A stretch of 63,070 nt of DNA, counting the filler, from Octopus bimaculoides (taxonomy: Eukaryota), in the NCBI RefSeq assembly GCF_001194135.2. It is 6 parts of 6 records of this genome, joined end to end, with 100 filler letters (N's around TTAATTAATTAA, not from the genome) between each part and the next. Parts side by side here need not be neighbours in the genome. Positions count along the whole stretch, not along the records: positions 32,439 to 49,560 come from NC_068981.1; positions 49,661 to 60,514 come from NC_068993.1; 4 more parts are not named here. One strand, written 5' to 3'. Numbering within the stretch: the first letter of the stretch is position 1; every line of letters begins with the position of its first letter. Made by a program: the position numbers and the translations under genes. Of the stretch, positions 39,969-52,528 are shown piece by piece. The notes beneath the pieces are model-generated. The model had not been told where the DNA came from. It saw only the letters and a list, made by a program, of their open reading frames with translations, and made no database searches.

Positions 39969-41475
39969 GTGAGCTTGTTGAGATTGCTTTTCTTTTTATT
40001 TTATTCTTTGTCAAAGAAACATTCAAATCCGATGGATCATCAAAGTAAACGCTAAAAAAAAAAAACTCCTTCTTATTTTTTGGAAAAAATTATTTGGCAT
40101 AAATCTGACTTGCATCCAGTTAAAAATAGCTACAGATTGGTTTAGATTTCTAGTCAAAATCCCTTTTATGAATATATCAAGTATGAATAGTAGTATTTTC
40201 TTTCCACAAGATTTAAATTTCATATTTTCTAAGAATGGCGTATATGAACGATAAAACTGTTCCCAGTATATTATTGCAGACTATTTGAATGATAAAGTTT
40301 AAAATGGCTCAGTAAAAAAAAGTTAAACTCGAAAGTGAGAAAGATAAATTAAATAATCTTCCAATTTTAACCGCGCAAAGAATTTTTTATTAGGTAAAAA
40401 ATAAGTGGATATAATCGATTTTATGTTTGCTAATATTCTTTTTATATTACTGGTATTATTTAATGTAATGCTAGCACTCCACTGACGGACGGTAAAGATA
40501 CACCCGTTCCTGCCATAATAAATAATATAACATCTGACAGTCAACTGCCAACAATGTGCTGTAGCATTTCAGTATATCTGCCGAAATTTTATTTCTTAAC
40601 TTCTTGAATATATGTCCTCCTTGTTTTACAGTCACTCATAATTTTCCGGTAGGTTTTGGTATTCTTTCTTCAAACAAACTCTTCAATAGAAATTAATGTA
40701 AAGCCTTATTTTATTTAATCCAGTAGGATTTTGGAGAAATTATTCAAATGGAATCACCTTCATTGCTTTGCTGTCACAATGTCACGTCCTAATGATACCA
40801 TGCTTGTTTGTTTGTTAGTTTTATTTATCTATACTGTAAGGTTTATTTTTCTGTAATGTTTCCTTATGTGTGAAATCTAGTAATTCGGACCTAGTTTACA
40901 ATTAGTTTCATTAAAAATCTTTTTAGCATTTTATGTTTAAACGTGTTATTATTTTCAATATCTGTTAGGGATATTGAGTTGGCAAAAATCATAGATGGAG
41001 TGCTTTCACCATATTTAGTTTTTTAATTTTTCATTCGAATTCCTGTAACTGATTTTGCTTCTTTCACCCTACAAGCTTAATAAAATAACTAAAACTTTCG
41101 AGTCTTTTGAAGCGATTATATTCTGCTTCTGCGAGCTGGCAAAGTCGTTTGCAGCATTTCACGTTCTGAGTTCAAATTCTACTGAGGTGGACTTTACCTT
41201 TCATACTTTCGGAGTTGATAAGATATATACCAGTTGAGTACTGGGGTCGATGCAATCGGCTTAACCCGTTTATTCCACTTGTGGTTACTTGAAACAGAAT
41301 AATAGTGGTACGTCAACGAAAGAGGTATTCTCTTTCCGTCCTGGATGTAAATATGTTTTTGTTTACTTGATGAGTCTCATGATCTTAATTCACGAACAAT
41401 AAATTGAATACAATATTGCCTAAGAAGGAAAGAAAAACTATCTACAAATATATGATGAAATATTTTTCTCTTTAG

Positions 41476-41618
41476 TTATGAATACAAATTTAAAAGTGGA
41501 TATTGGAGAACCTGCGAGTAGAAAACGAGCCTATTTGGAGAATAACCAGAAAGAACACACCAGTTTAGAAGTAATCAAGGGGGTTTTTTTCCAGAAAGTT
41601 TACCAAATCTACATAAAG
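41476..41618 (+). CDS. Integrin alpha exon D (thigh): (V)MNTNLKVDIGEPASRKRAYLENNQKEHTSLEVIKGVFFQKVYQIYIK
   Basis: Acceptor tttttctctttag|, donor AAG|gtacg. Phase 1 to 0, matching both neighbours. The L.VD......RA.(F/L) pattern is that of the thigh domain. Confidence 0.85.
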
Positions 41619-42369
41619 GTACGTCAAAAATGGTATTGTTTTAAAATGGAGATTTGTTGTGCTTTAAGAACATTGTGTTATTGTATTAAATTCGCGTTGA
41701 GAATGTTAGGACAATTGACTTGCAATATGTGTCTAGTTAAATCCCTTAACTCAACATAGAAGTGTGGTTTTTAAGAACCAGAATAAAATGTATCGCAACT
41801 TTTAATGAATAATTGCCTTCCCACAAAATACTTCATCTTCGGAGAGCCAGTTAGTATGTTATGAAGCAATCCCTCTTCGACTGTAAAGGTACTCGAGTTT
41901 ATAACAAATAGTTAAAATATCAAAGTTGTTGTTGCTAAGCCGCAGGTCAATTCATATTTAGCAGGCCTATGATCAAAGACATTCGAGCTTTGACCGACCC
42001 GTCAGTTTTTCATACATTGTGCATTCAATACCACTAATTATCCAATTTAGTCTTAGATATCACCTTCTTAAGACGGTAGGGTGTGATTTAACGGACATTT
42101 GGCTGCTATTTCTAGCAGATCGAACCATTACGTAGAGATTCCTTCATTGAACCGTGCAAGATATAATACCCGGTGAAAGCTATTTCACTGCATCGTTAAT
42201 GTAAAAAACGAAATCTCAAAAGCTAAAACGAAATCTTTTAGTTCATCGAGATATAATTCCATATTTTTGTATTTAGAAAATGTGTTATGATTCCGAACAT
42301 TTAGAAAATATAATATATTATGGTTCTGAATGCATAGTTTGTCATATAAATCTGGCTACTGCTTATTCA

Positions 42370-43170
42370 TAACTTTTCTAATCTTGCATTTTGTCAGTGG
42401 ATTCCGTTTCTTGCATGGATGATAAGCCAGGGATTATTCTAGTGTAACAATCTTTAAATACCACATCTTTTCGATTTTAATAAGCAAATCTTTATATTTT
42501 CTGAGTTTGTCAAATTCTTTTGCTGAGATATTATGATCACAAGGAATGCTCATGTCGATCAATAAACAGACTTTATTATTTTGATCTTTCGTAACAATAT
42601 CCGGTTTATTAGTTTTGATGGTTCTGTCAGTAAGTTGTGGAAATTCACAAAGAATCGTTATATTTTTTCTCTCAGTTACAGCCTCAGGGTGGTGCTTATA
42701 CCATTTGTCAGCAGTTTTGATTTTATAATGCCGACATATTAACCAGTGTAAATATTGGCCCTACTCCGCCATGACTTGATTGACAATCTATAGGTGCTAA
42801 AACTTTACATCCAGAGATTAGATGGTTCATCGTTTCAATTTCATCGTTGCAGTATCGGCATTTCGGGTCTACTCTATTTTTCATTACATTCACTTGGTAA
42901 TTTCGGGTCAATATGTTCTGATCTTGAGCAACTAAGATGAAACCGTCGCTCTCTGCTTTTAGCCCTGAGATTCGTAGCCACTGATGGGTGTGCTTCTGGT
43001 CTACATCAGCTTGTTTGCTACGGGTGATATATTTGCCATGCAGAGGTTTTTGTTCCCACCTATCAGCCAATTGTTCATACGCTTGTTTTCTTTGCCATTG
43101 ATTTTACCTTCTTTGCAACAACAGTTACCGCACTACTATCTTGCTGTTCAACCTGGTTATTATGCATGAA
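42370..43170 (-). mobile_element. R4/Dong-like non-LTR retroelement 3' fragment (CCHC knuckle plus restriction-like endonuclease)
   Basis: KPLHGKY...QDQ...CRYCNDEIETMNHLISGC, then ...KPDIV...LLIDMSIP..N...KEFDKL.KYKDL across frameshifts. Confidence 0.85.
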
Positions 43171-43402
43171 CTCAGGTGTGCGAGCTGGTAAAAGCGGTGA
43201 ACTGGCAGAATCGTTTGGACGCCAGACAAAATGCTTAGCAACGTTTCGTCTTTCTTTACATTCTAAATTCAAATTCCACTGAGGTCGAAGTTGCCTTTCA
43301 TCCTTTCGGGGTCGATAAATTAAGTACCAGTTGAGTAATGGGTCGATGTAATCTACTATCCACCTCCCCCAAATTTTGGACCCTGTGCCTATAATAAAAT
43401 GG

Positions 43403-43487
<85 letters not shown>

Positions 43488-43620
43488 GTCGCTACGTTCT
43501 GAGTTCAAATTGCGCCGAGGTCGACTTTGCTTTTTATCCTTTCGGGTCGATACATTAAGTACCAGTGAAACACTAGAGTCGATGTAATCGACGAGTGCTC
43601 TCTCCCTAAATTTCAGGCCT
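43170..43620 (+). mobile_element. Two tandem SINE family B copies separated by (ATT)n
   Basis: Shared core ttcaaattc..gaggtcga..ttgcctttcatcctttcggggtcgata..ttaagtaccagt. Further copies at about 5170-5350, 18585-18770, 35210-35310, 41125-41270 and 48965-49135. Confidence 0.8.
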
Positions 43621-43623
43621 TTT

Positions 43624-43698
<75 letters not shown>

Positions 43699-43701
<3 letters not shown>

Positions 43702-46168
43702 TAGTTTTATTTTTATAGCGTGCTTTTACTTCACTACCGAGCGCAGCTCTGTGTGCCTTGGGTATGTACTGTGGTTTGCTGTGATGCTCTTATGGTTACT
43801 GTATTGAAAGTATTTTGCGTAGGATGTGTGCAGTGCCCAGTAGTGCAATTTTCTGTACGTTATATATATTTGTAAGTCCTGGTGTTTTTGTTATGTATTT
43901 GTCTGAATATTTTTTTTATCATACCTAAGGCACCCACTATGATAGGAATTGTTTCTGTTTTTAGATTCCACATTCGAGTTACCTCTATTTCCAGGTCTTT
44001 GTATTTTGAAAGTTTCTCCCTTTCTTTTAGGGAAACGTTGTCATCTGTTGGTTGTTGTTGGCACTCCGTCGCTCACGACGTCGAGGGTTCCAGTTGATCC
44101 GATCAACGGAACAGCCTGCTCGTGAAATTAACGTGCAAGTGGCTGAGCACTCCACAGACACGTGTACCCTTAACGTAGTTCTCGGGGATATTCAGCGTGA
44201 CAGTGTGACAAGGCTGGCCCTTTGAATTACAGGCACAAATCTGCTGGTATTGATACATCAATTAGAAAGCATTTTTTTCCTTCATGAGCTCTGACAACAA
44301 TATCTGGCCTTTTGGCCTTAATTTCTCTATCTGTGTGTATTGGCATATCCCAGAGTATGGTCGCTTTCTCGTTTTCTGTGACCTTTTCTGGCGTGCACCT
44401 ATACCATCTTTTTTCTGTTGTTATTCCAGTGTTGGCATAGCTTCCAGTGTATGTAGGTCCCAGCTCTGTCATGTCTGTGAATATATTCCTTCTTAGCCAG
44501 GACTGGGCAGCCAGAGATAATATGATTTATTGTTTCTTGTCCATCGCCACATATTCTGCAGTNNNNNNNNNNNNNNNNNNNNNNNNNNNNNNNNNNNNNN
44601 NNNNNNNNNNNNNNNNNNNNNNNNNNNNNNNNNNNNNNNNNNNNNNNNNNNNNNNNNNNNNNNNNNNNNNNNNNNNNNNNNNNNNNNNNNNNNNNNNNNN
44701 NNNNNNNNNNNNNNNNNNNNNNNNNNNNNNNNNNNNNNNNNNNNNNNNNNNNNNNNNNNNNNNNNNNNNNNNNNNNNNNNNNNNNNNNNNNNNNNNNNNN
44801 NNNNNNNNNNNNNNNNNNNNNNNNNNNNNNNNNNNNNNNNNNNNNNNNNNNNNNNNNNNNNNNNNNNNNNNNNNNNNNNNNNNNNNNNNNNNNNNNNNNN
44901 NNNNNNNNNNNNNNNNNNNNNNNNNNNNNNNNNNNNNNNNNNNNNNNNNNNNNNNNNNNNNNNNNCTTCTTCTTCTTCTTCTTCTTCTTCTTCATCTTCA
45001 TATGTATTAGGTAGTATGATTTCTTGTTTGTATTTGTCAGCTTCCTTAAATACTGAAAACAGTTTTTTGTTTTGCTCGTGTTTTGTGGCTATTTGTATTA
45101 GTTTCCCTTGCTTCTGGAGTAGGTATTTTTGCAGTCCTATGGTTTATTTTATAATAGTTCTCCAGCTGTATAAGACCCCTACCACCTTCTGTACGTTGTA
45201 TATATAGCCTTTCTATGTCAGATTTTGGGTGGTGCATCGTAGATCCTGTCATTATTTTTCTTGTTTTCCTGTCTATTTTCATTAGTTCATTTAGTGTCCA
45301 GTTAAGGATATTGTAGCTGTAACATATAACTGGGAAGGCTAAAGTGTTAATACCTATTATCTTGTTTTTATCGTTGAGCTCTGATTTCAGTATTGATCTA
45401 ACTCGTCTATAGTATTCTTTCTTCATTTTCTCTTTCATTTGTGTGTGTTGTATCCTATCTAGTTCATTGATTCCTAAATATTTGTATGTCTGGCTTTGGT
45501 CTAATTCTCTTATTTCATTGGCTTTATCTAGTGTGATGTTGCTACTCTTAACTAGTTTTCCTCTTTTCAGGGTTGCTTTGACATATTTTTCTAACCCAAA
45601 TTTCATATCTATTTCTTTGGTAAATCCATGTACTGTCTGTAGTAGTGTTTCCAGCTGTTTATCTTATCATTCGTAGCGCATAGTTTTAAGTCATCCATAT
45701 ATAAAAGGTGGCTGATTGCTTTACCGTAACATTTGTATCCGCATCCAGTTCTATTTAGCAAGTCAGATAAAGGTGCGAGTGCCATGCAGAACAGGAGTGA
45801 AGAGAGCGTGTCTCCCTGGAATATTCCTCTTCTAATGGGGATGACTTTGATTTTCACGAGTCCCTTTTTTGTTCGGAGCTGTAGCACTGTCTGCCATTTA
45901 TTCATAGAGTGTCTTATGTATTTTATAGTTATTGGTGCCACCTTGTTTATGGCTAGTGTTTCGAGGATCCACGTGTGGGGAACACTATCAAAAGCCTTTT
46001 GGTAGTCGATCCAGGCCATACTGAAGCCTTTCTTCTTTCTGCGGTTGTCTTCAGTTATGGCTTTATTGATCATTAATTGATCTTTACAGCCGTATGAGCC
46101 CTTGCAGCATGCCTTCTGCTCTTCTGGAAACAGGTTGTTATCTTCCAGGTGTTTACTCAATCTCTGCG
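43699..46168 (-). mobile_element. 5'-truncated R4/Dong-like retroelement (RT, CCHC, RLE, 3' UTR) flanked by (TAA)n on both sides
   Basis: RT motifs WIDYQKAFDSVPH, RRGIFQGDTLS and LYMDDLKL; CRICGDGQETINHIISGC; KRPDIVV...FLIDVSIP; ends ALLGTAHILRK. (ATT)n lies at 43625-43698 and 46169-46203. Frameshifts and one gap are present. Confidence 0.92.
44052..44238 (-). mobile_element. 5'-truncated SINE (family C 3' half) inserted into the Dong-like element
   Basis: ccctttgaattacagg is the reverse complement of the end of the 61160-61376 SINE. It has a (CAA)n tail and a 9-bp TSD: atctgttgg (44043-51) / atctgctgg (44239-47). Confidence 0.85.
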
Positions 46169-46169
46169 A

Positions 46170-46203
<34 letters not shown>

Positions 46204-46246
46204 TTTTTTTTTTTTTTTTTTTTTTTTCTTAATCTTATTTTCGCAG

Positions 46247-46366
46247 AATAAGATTAATTCGCTGAAGCCAATAAGGTTTCACCTTGATTACCATCTTCCA
46301 AATAATGGCTATGGTGCATGGTGTATCTTGTGCCCGCTTCTAAAGAGTGGAAATCTAAGCGCAACG
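46247..46366 (+). CDS. Integrin alpha exon E (end of thigh): NKINSLKPIRFHLDYHLPNNGYGAWCILCPLLKSGNLSAT
   Basis: Acceptor ttattttcgcag|, donor ACG|gtgagt. 120 nt, phase 0 to 0. The L.PI.F.L.Y.L and C..CP.L pattern matches the thigh C-terminus. Confidence 0.85.
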
Positions 46367-46639
46367 GTGAGTATTTTCCTTTAACAAGTTAACATGTAAC
46401 AAGTATTTTAATACTTCTCAGCCCTTTTGAAGTCATGAACTTCTTTCGTAATAATTTTCCCCATGAAATGTATTTTAACAATATCTTTTAAATAAAAATT
46501 CAGTAGAAAGGAAAATATCCATGAGAATAGTGTACAAAATATTTGTGTGTACAGTATGTTTAAAGTAATTCCAGTAAAGATTGAATGTCATCCGTTGTTA
46601 CTGGTAATAACGGCTGTAACTTGAAAACTGGTATTCTTC

Positions 46640-47480
46640 GATTCCAAATCTACCCTTTTCACGCTGAGACGATCAGGTGTTTAAAGAAGCACGTTAAAAG
46701 GAAGAACCGCCCGGTCGCCTGGCTTGGCAAATGAATGTGTCTGTTTCTCACACGCTGATACGAAGGGCTTTGGTTTTGCAATTTAGAGTGTATGAAGCAA
46801 TTTACTTCCAATGAATTTATGATCAACTGGCAGGTACTAGAGTTTGTTATTAAAGTGGGATGTACCATTTCCACTCTCTCTTTTGTGATGGCTAAAGAAT
46901 TGCTATTGACATGTGCATAAAGTTCCAAAAATATCAAGAGGCACTTTGCTGTTTGGCAAGTTCATACATGGGGGTATGAGTAAGGCCTTTTTCCGAGGTG
47001 CTTATGACCATTAAAGAGCATGAGATAGCGTTTGACAAGAGTAAAAAAAAATGGAGAATTGTGCTAGCCAGTCCCGACAAAGGGTCATTTATCTCGCGCT
47101 ATGTTTTACAGGAATTCTGTTATATAATGCTATTGCAAAAGTTCTATTGTTTTTATCATTGCTGCCCTCAAACTCTGATGTTGAGGGATTCTGTGGATCC
47201 CTTTGTTCGAGTTTCTAGCCTAAGTTATGAACGGGAAGAAATAGAGTTCGGAGAAAAGCCTTTAAATTGGAAGAAATTATCTTGGAAGGGAAAGAGGTAA
47301 TCGGAGCTATGCGAAGCAGATTTACTGGACCGGAACGAGTAGAAACAAATGGATACCTAACCAAAATAACAAGAGCAGGCGAAGCATCATGACATGCGAA
47401 ATCTGCCAGTGGATGGAAATCAAGGGAGGCAGCCAAGATATTGCAGAGCAGTTCCTGGAGCAACCAGGTCATGATTCCTC
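46640..47480 (+). mobile_element. Heavily decayed LINE-like remnant (possibly L1/Tx1)
   Basis: Higher-complexity sequence with weak resemblance to the L1/Tx1-like fragments elsewhere in the window. No clean motif. Confidence 0.3.
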
Positions 47481-49183
47481 CTGAGATAAGTGCACAATAT
47501 GTTGTTATCTCTGGTCAAACTCTGATGTGAAGGCTACCCCTCGCTGAAGCAGTGGCAGTGGAACTAAGTTAAGAACGTATCAATGTAATGATGCATCAAT
47601 AAGAAGAAAATATACACGGAAATATACACCAAGTTGTAGTCTGTTATTTTATATAAGAAAGACAACAGAAAGAAAAATGAGAGAAAAATGAGGAAAAGAA
47701 CGGTTGGTGAGAAGAAGAAACGTCCCAGCTTTATGACAAGGTCTAATATGAAAAAAAAAATTTCCTGAAACATTGCCTCGGAAAGGTAATATGGAGCGGG
47801 TGTATGAGAGTAAGTGCTTAAAATATGAGTGACTCATGGAAGCATGTAGTGTGAGGACGGCAATGTACAGTATTTTCTGGAGAGATGGGATGTAGTGAGC
47901 TTTATCAAGATCCACAATGTTCTATCTGTATGGCATTGGACTTAGGGAGAATAGCAGAGCAGTGATTCTTAAGTGAATGGGAAACAGAGAAGACTACACG
48001 GATTTAGTAGTTATGTCAGACAGACACCACAGCTGAGGCTAGAAAGTAAATCCTCGGCAAATATTCAAACAAAATAATTTTGGGGTGATTGCATCTTCCT
48101 CTGGTTTGGTAAGGTGGCTGCATAAATGACAAGAGCTAACAAGCGTACTATCATGAGGACCGTAAGAATCTGGATATTCCCTCGTAGCATCCCAGTTTCT
48201 CAGCGTCTCTGAAGAGAAAGATATTGACAGAAAGTGCCGAAGCGTTGGGATTTGGAGCCAAAAGCTGATGAAGATACTGTCCTACGGTGCTTGCTATATG
48301 CAAAATATTATATGTAACATGTATGTGTGTGATTGTGTGTGCGCGCGCGTGTAATAAATATGTGTATACGCATATGTATATATATGTTTACAAATACTCA
48401 GTGCACCCTACTATGTATGTATTGAATTATGGACGTATATGGATGTATACATGAGCAACTGAATAAATCTTAAAGATCTCACATCACTAGTTATTGATAA
48501 TATCTTAAATGCTTAGGTCAGGAATCGGAGATAACCAAACAAAAAAAATATATAATTAACTTGATCACATTTTGCATTACGACTAGGCCTTCTTTAATCG
48601 AATGCAAAATTACAAATATCGGAATGCCAGTTCATTGATTTATTTTTTCTCAAAAATCACGACATCATAAGGCATGTAACAATTTGAAGTACTTCTTGAA
48701 AGCATTAGTTACACAAATGAAATTAAATGGTTTAAAACAAGAATCAAATTCGAACTGAAGTCTCTGCTATTAGCTTTCTAAATGCTGTAGTTTACTGAAG
48801 AAATAATATTTATGATCTTACTACTATAACATTTAAATTTAATTTAATTTATGACTAATTGAAATATCAGCAGGAAACAATTCTACAGAACTAACTGCAA
48901 AATGTCTTTTATATGTGCTTCTTTTTAAATGTGTGTCTCACCTTGCTAACTATCAGCCATTTTTAAATGCTTAGCGGTATTTCGTCTACCGCAACGTTCT
49001 GAATTCAAATTCCGCCGAGGTAGACTTTGCCATTCATCCTTTCGGGTTGATAAATTAAGTACCAGTTGCGTACTGGGGTCGATCTAATCGACTGTCCCCC
49101 TCTCCAAAACTTTCGGGCCTTGTGCCTTGAGTTGAAAAGTGCATGTGCTTCTATTTCAACGTCCTAACGAATAAATAATGCAT

Positions 49184-49212
49184 ACTAGCAGAGATACCCG
49201 ACCTTACTCGGG
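49184..49212 (+). mobile_element. Possible Helitron/Helentron-type non-autonomous element end
   Basis: actagc followed closely by hairpin CCCGA-CCTTAC-TCGGG. Pattern recognition only; the other end was not found. Confidence 0.3.
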
Positions 49213-49229
49213 ATTGAAATGGCATAGCT

Positions 49230-49513
49230 TTTTATTGCTTTACTTGTTTCAGTCATGTGACTGATGCCATGCTGGAGCACCGCCGTTGGTCGAAGAAATC
49301 AACCACAGGATTTATTCTTTGTAAGCCTAGTACTCATTCTGTCAGTGTCTTTTACGAAACCGCTAAGTTACAGGAATGTAAACACAGCAACATCAGTTGT
49401 CAAGCAATGGTGTGGATACAAACACAGGCATACACATATATACGACAGTGTTCTTTCAGTTTCCGAGTACGAAATCCGCTCACAAGGTTTTGGTCAGCCT
49501 GAGGCTATAGTAA

Positions 49514-49515
<2 letters not shown>
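49230..49515 (-). mobile_element. SINE family A 3' part
   Basis: Reverse complement of ggcggtgctccagcatggc..tgactgaaacaagtaa and of the body. Confidence 0.8.
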
Positions 49516-49560
<45 letters not shown>

Positions 49561-50019
49561 NNNNNNNNNNNNNNNNNNNNNNNNNNNNNNNNNNNNNNNN
49601 NNNNTTAATTAATTAANNNNNNNNNNNNNNNNNNNNNNNNNNNNNNNNNNNNNNNNNNNNTATATATTGTTATGTCTCAAGCTACTGCTATCTAGCACCT
49701 TGGGATGATCTACTCAACCGCTAAGCGACTGCTAATCAAGAGTCATTCAACTTCTCTTCCACGGCTAGACTACCCCGATTTATATATCTTGGGCGCTCTT
49801 ACTTCTTCGTTTGTGGGGAGGGGGGGGCGTCGACACAACATGTATATATATATATTTATCTATCTTTCTATCTGTCCATCTATCTATTTATCTATCTATC
49901 TATCAATCTATCTACTGTCTGTCTGTCTATCTGTCTGTCTGTATGTATGTATGTGTGTATATATATATGTGTGTGTGTGTTTGTGATGGACTCTCCCATA
50001 GTTAGACGACGTATGAGGG

Positions 50020-50230
50020 TGCAACAATTTCTTACTGAACAACCACACAGATGATTTGTTTATAGTGATCAGATGTTTGCGTAGGCATAAGCTCACTCAC
50101 TCCATCAAATCGACGTTACCTGTACAGGGGCAACGGCTGCCAAATGTCAGCTGAGGAAATGATCGCTCAACGCCTGGTATGGGAATCAAACGCACGATCC
50201 CGCAATCGTGAGTACAACACCTTAACCACT
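50020..50230 (-). mobile_element. Degenerate tRNA-derived SINE
   Basis: Reverse complement reads agtggttaaggtgttgtactcacgattgcgggatcgtgcgtttgattccc (A and B boxes). Confidence 0.55.
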
Positions 50231-51249
50231 GTATATATATATATATATTGAAAAAAAAGTCGTCAGAATTTTGTAAGAACTTTTTTCATTTATTTTATAC
50301 ATATATTAGCGCTTTCGTTCGTCTTTCGAGCTTGTCAAATATAATTCTGTGAAAATACAGAGATCTTGCTTATCTTATAAAATAGGTGTTTTGGGGGGAT
50401 TTGCTTATAACAGAACATTGCTTTGTTTTGTCTTTTTTTTTTGTTTTTTGGGGGTGAGGCTTTGGAGACAATGGAAGATGTATAAGCAGATAGATAGATA
50501 GACAGGCAGATNNNNNNNNNNNNNNNNNNNNNNNNNNNNNNNNNNNNNNNNNNNNNNNNNNNNNNNNNNNNNNNNNNNNNNNNNNNNNNNNNNNNNNNNN
50601 NNNNNNNNNNNNNNNNNNNNNNNNNNNNNNNNNNNNNNNNNNNNNNNNNNNNNNNNNNNNNNNNNNNNNNNNNNNNNNNNNNNNNNNNNNNNNNNNNNNN
50701 NNNNNNNNNNNNNNNNNNNNNNNNNNNNNNNNNNNNNNNNNNNNNNNNNNNNNNNNNNNNNNNNNNNNNNNNNNNNNNNNNNNNNNNNNNNNNNNNNNNN
50801 NNNNNNNNNNNNNNNNNNNNNNNNNNNNNNNNNNNNNNNNNNNNNNNNNNNNNNNNNNNNNNNNNNNNNNNNNNNNNNNNNNNNNNNNNNNNNNNNNNNN
50901 NNNNNNNNNNNNNNNNNNNNNNNNNNNNNNNNNNNNNNNNNNNNNNNNNNNNNNNNNNNNATCCACATTTAGGGAATGGAGAAGATAAAACTCGATCTAC
51001 TCGATTCCCCAATGCTGGATGTTTATTCGCATTTACAACATCCGCAGGCGCTAACGATGAGCTATTAAATAACCTTTTTACAGTTTATGGTAGTCTCAAA
51101 GGGGAAAAATTGACAACCTTCTGCGTCAGTAAACCACTATTGTCCGTGGCAATTGTTCTTTGTACATCTTGTACCGACTGCTTGAAGCTCACTAACTTCC
51201 TAGTCCTTGAACCTTGGGTCTTACTTTTGTTTATACGTATGTATATATA

Positions 51250-51425
51250 CGTGTGTACTTTTTGTATCTGTGTTTGTACCCCACTACCGCTTGACAGCTG
51301 CTATTGGTGTTTACACGAGGAAAAGATACTGATAGAATAAATACTGGGGTTGATTCGTTCGACTATAAATTTTTCAAAGTGGTGCTCCAGCATGGCCACA
51401 GTCTAATGACTGAAACAAGCAAAAC
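51250..51425 (+). mobile_element. SINE family A 3' part
   Basis: ggtgctccagcatggccacagtctaatgactgaaacaag matches the 1568-2025 tail. Confidence 0.8.
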
Positions 51426-51602
51426 ATAAAATATAGAACATACGTATACATAAACACACACACACACACACATATATATATATGACAAATGATAGAGACA
51501 GAAAATGGAATACATGTGTTCATATGTAAACCACAATAAACATGAAAGCATACACATAAGCATTTATCCATGTCTGTCAATTTCTCTCTCTCTCTATCTT
51601 TT

Positions 51603-51677
<75 letters not shown>

Positions 51678-51687
51678 CTCTCTCTGC

Positions 51688-51736
<49 letters not shown>

Positions 51737-52328
51737 TGTCTGCATCTGTGTGTATGCACACACATACATAATACATACATATGTTAGTACACAAACGTAT
51801 ACTAACTTTCTGTATATTTAATATGTTTCGCTCAATGTATACTAAGAGAAGAAACATTGAGCGTAAAACTCTTTTATCATGTCTGTGCAATACTTGATCG
51901 ACTGCTCTATTAACACCTCTCACTACCAGCGTGTACATCACATGCTGGTTACTATATATCTATATTCCTTTTTACCTTATCGGCTGTAATTACATTTACA
52001 GAACAGAGGGAATTAACATTAATGACTCTTGAAAAAGAACGCAATACATCCGAGTTAATGCATTTAATTGTATGGTATATTTCTTCCTACATATTTAGAT
52101 ATGTCTCAATGGTAACAAACTAGTAACATTCTACCGAAGTATTAGCATATTATTACTTTTATGCGGTGACTTGTACTTATTCCGAAGAGTAGGGTTATTG
52201 TGGCACTTATTACTATTGTGGTTTAGAAACGACTTTTATTTTCTTGAAAACAGTACAGTAATAAAACAGGCCACACGAACAAAGAAATCAATTAGCATTT
52301 ATTGTAATGCATTCGGTCCTAAGATAGC

Positions 52329-52418
<90 letters not shown>

Positions 52419-52528
52419 AAGAAGAAGAAGAAGAAGAAGAAGAAGAAGAAGAACAACAACAACAACAACAACAACAACAAAGCAACAGCAACATAATAAT
52501 AATAACAACAACAATAACAATAATAACC
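52329..52528 (+). repeat. Compound trinucleotide microsatellite (AAT)n(AAG)n(AAC)n
   Basis: Read directly from the sequence. Confidence 0.95.

Noticed and set aside
51829-51863. 10-bp perfect inverted repeat CGCTCAATGT/ACATTGAGCG followed on the minus strand by AAACATAT
   Set aside because: No CUGANGA core or stem I; an isolated hairpin of no evident function.
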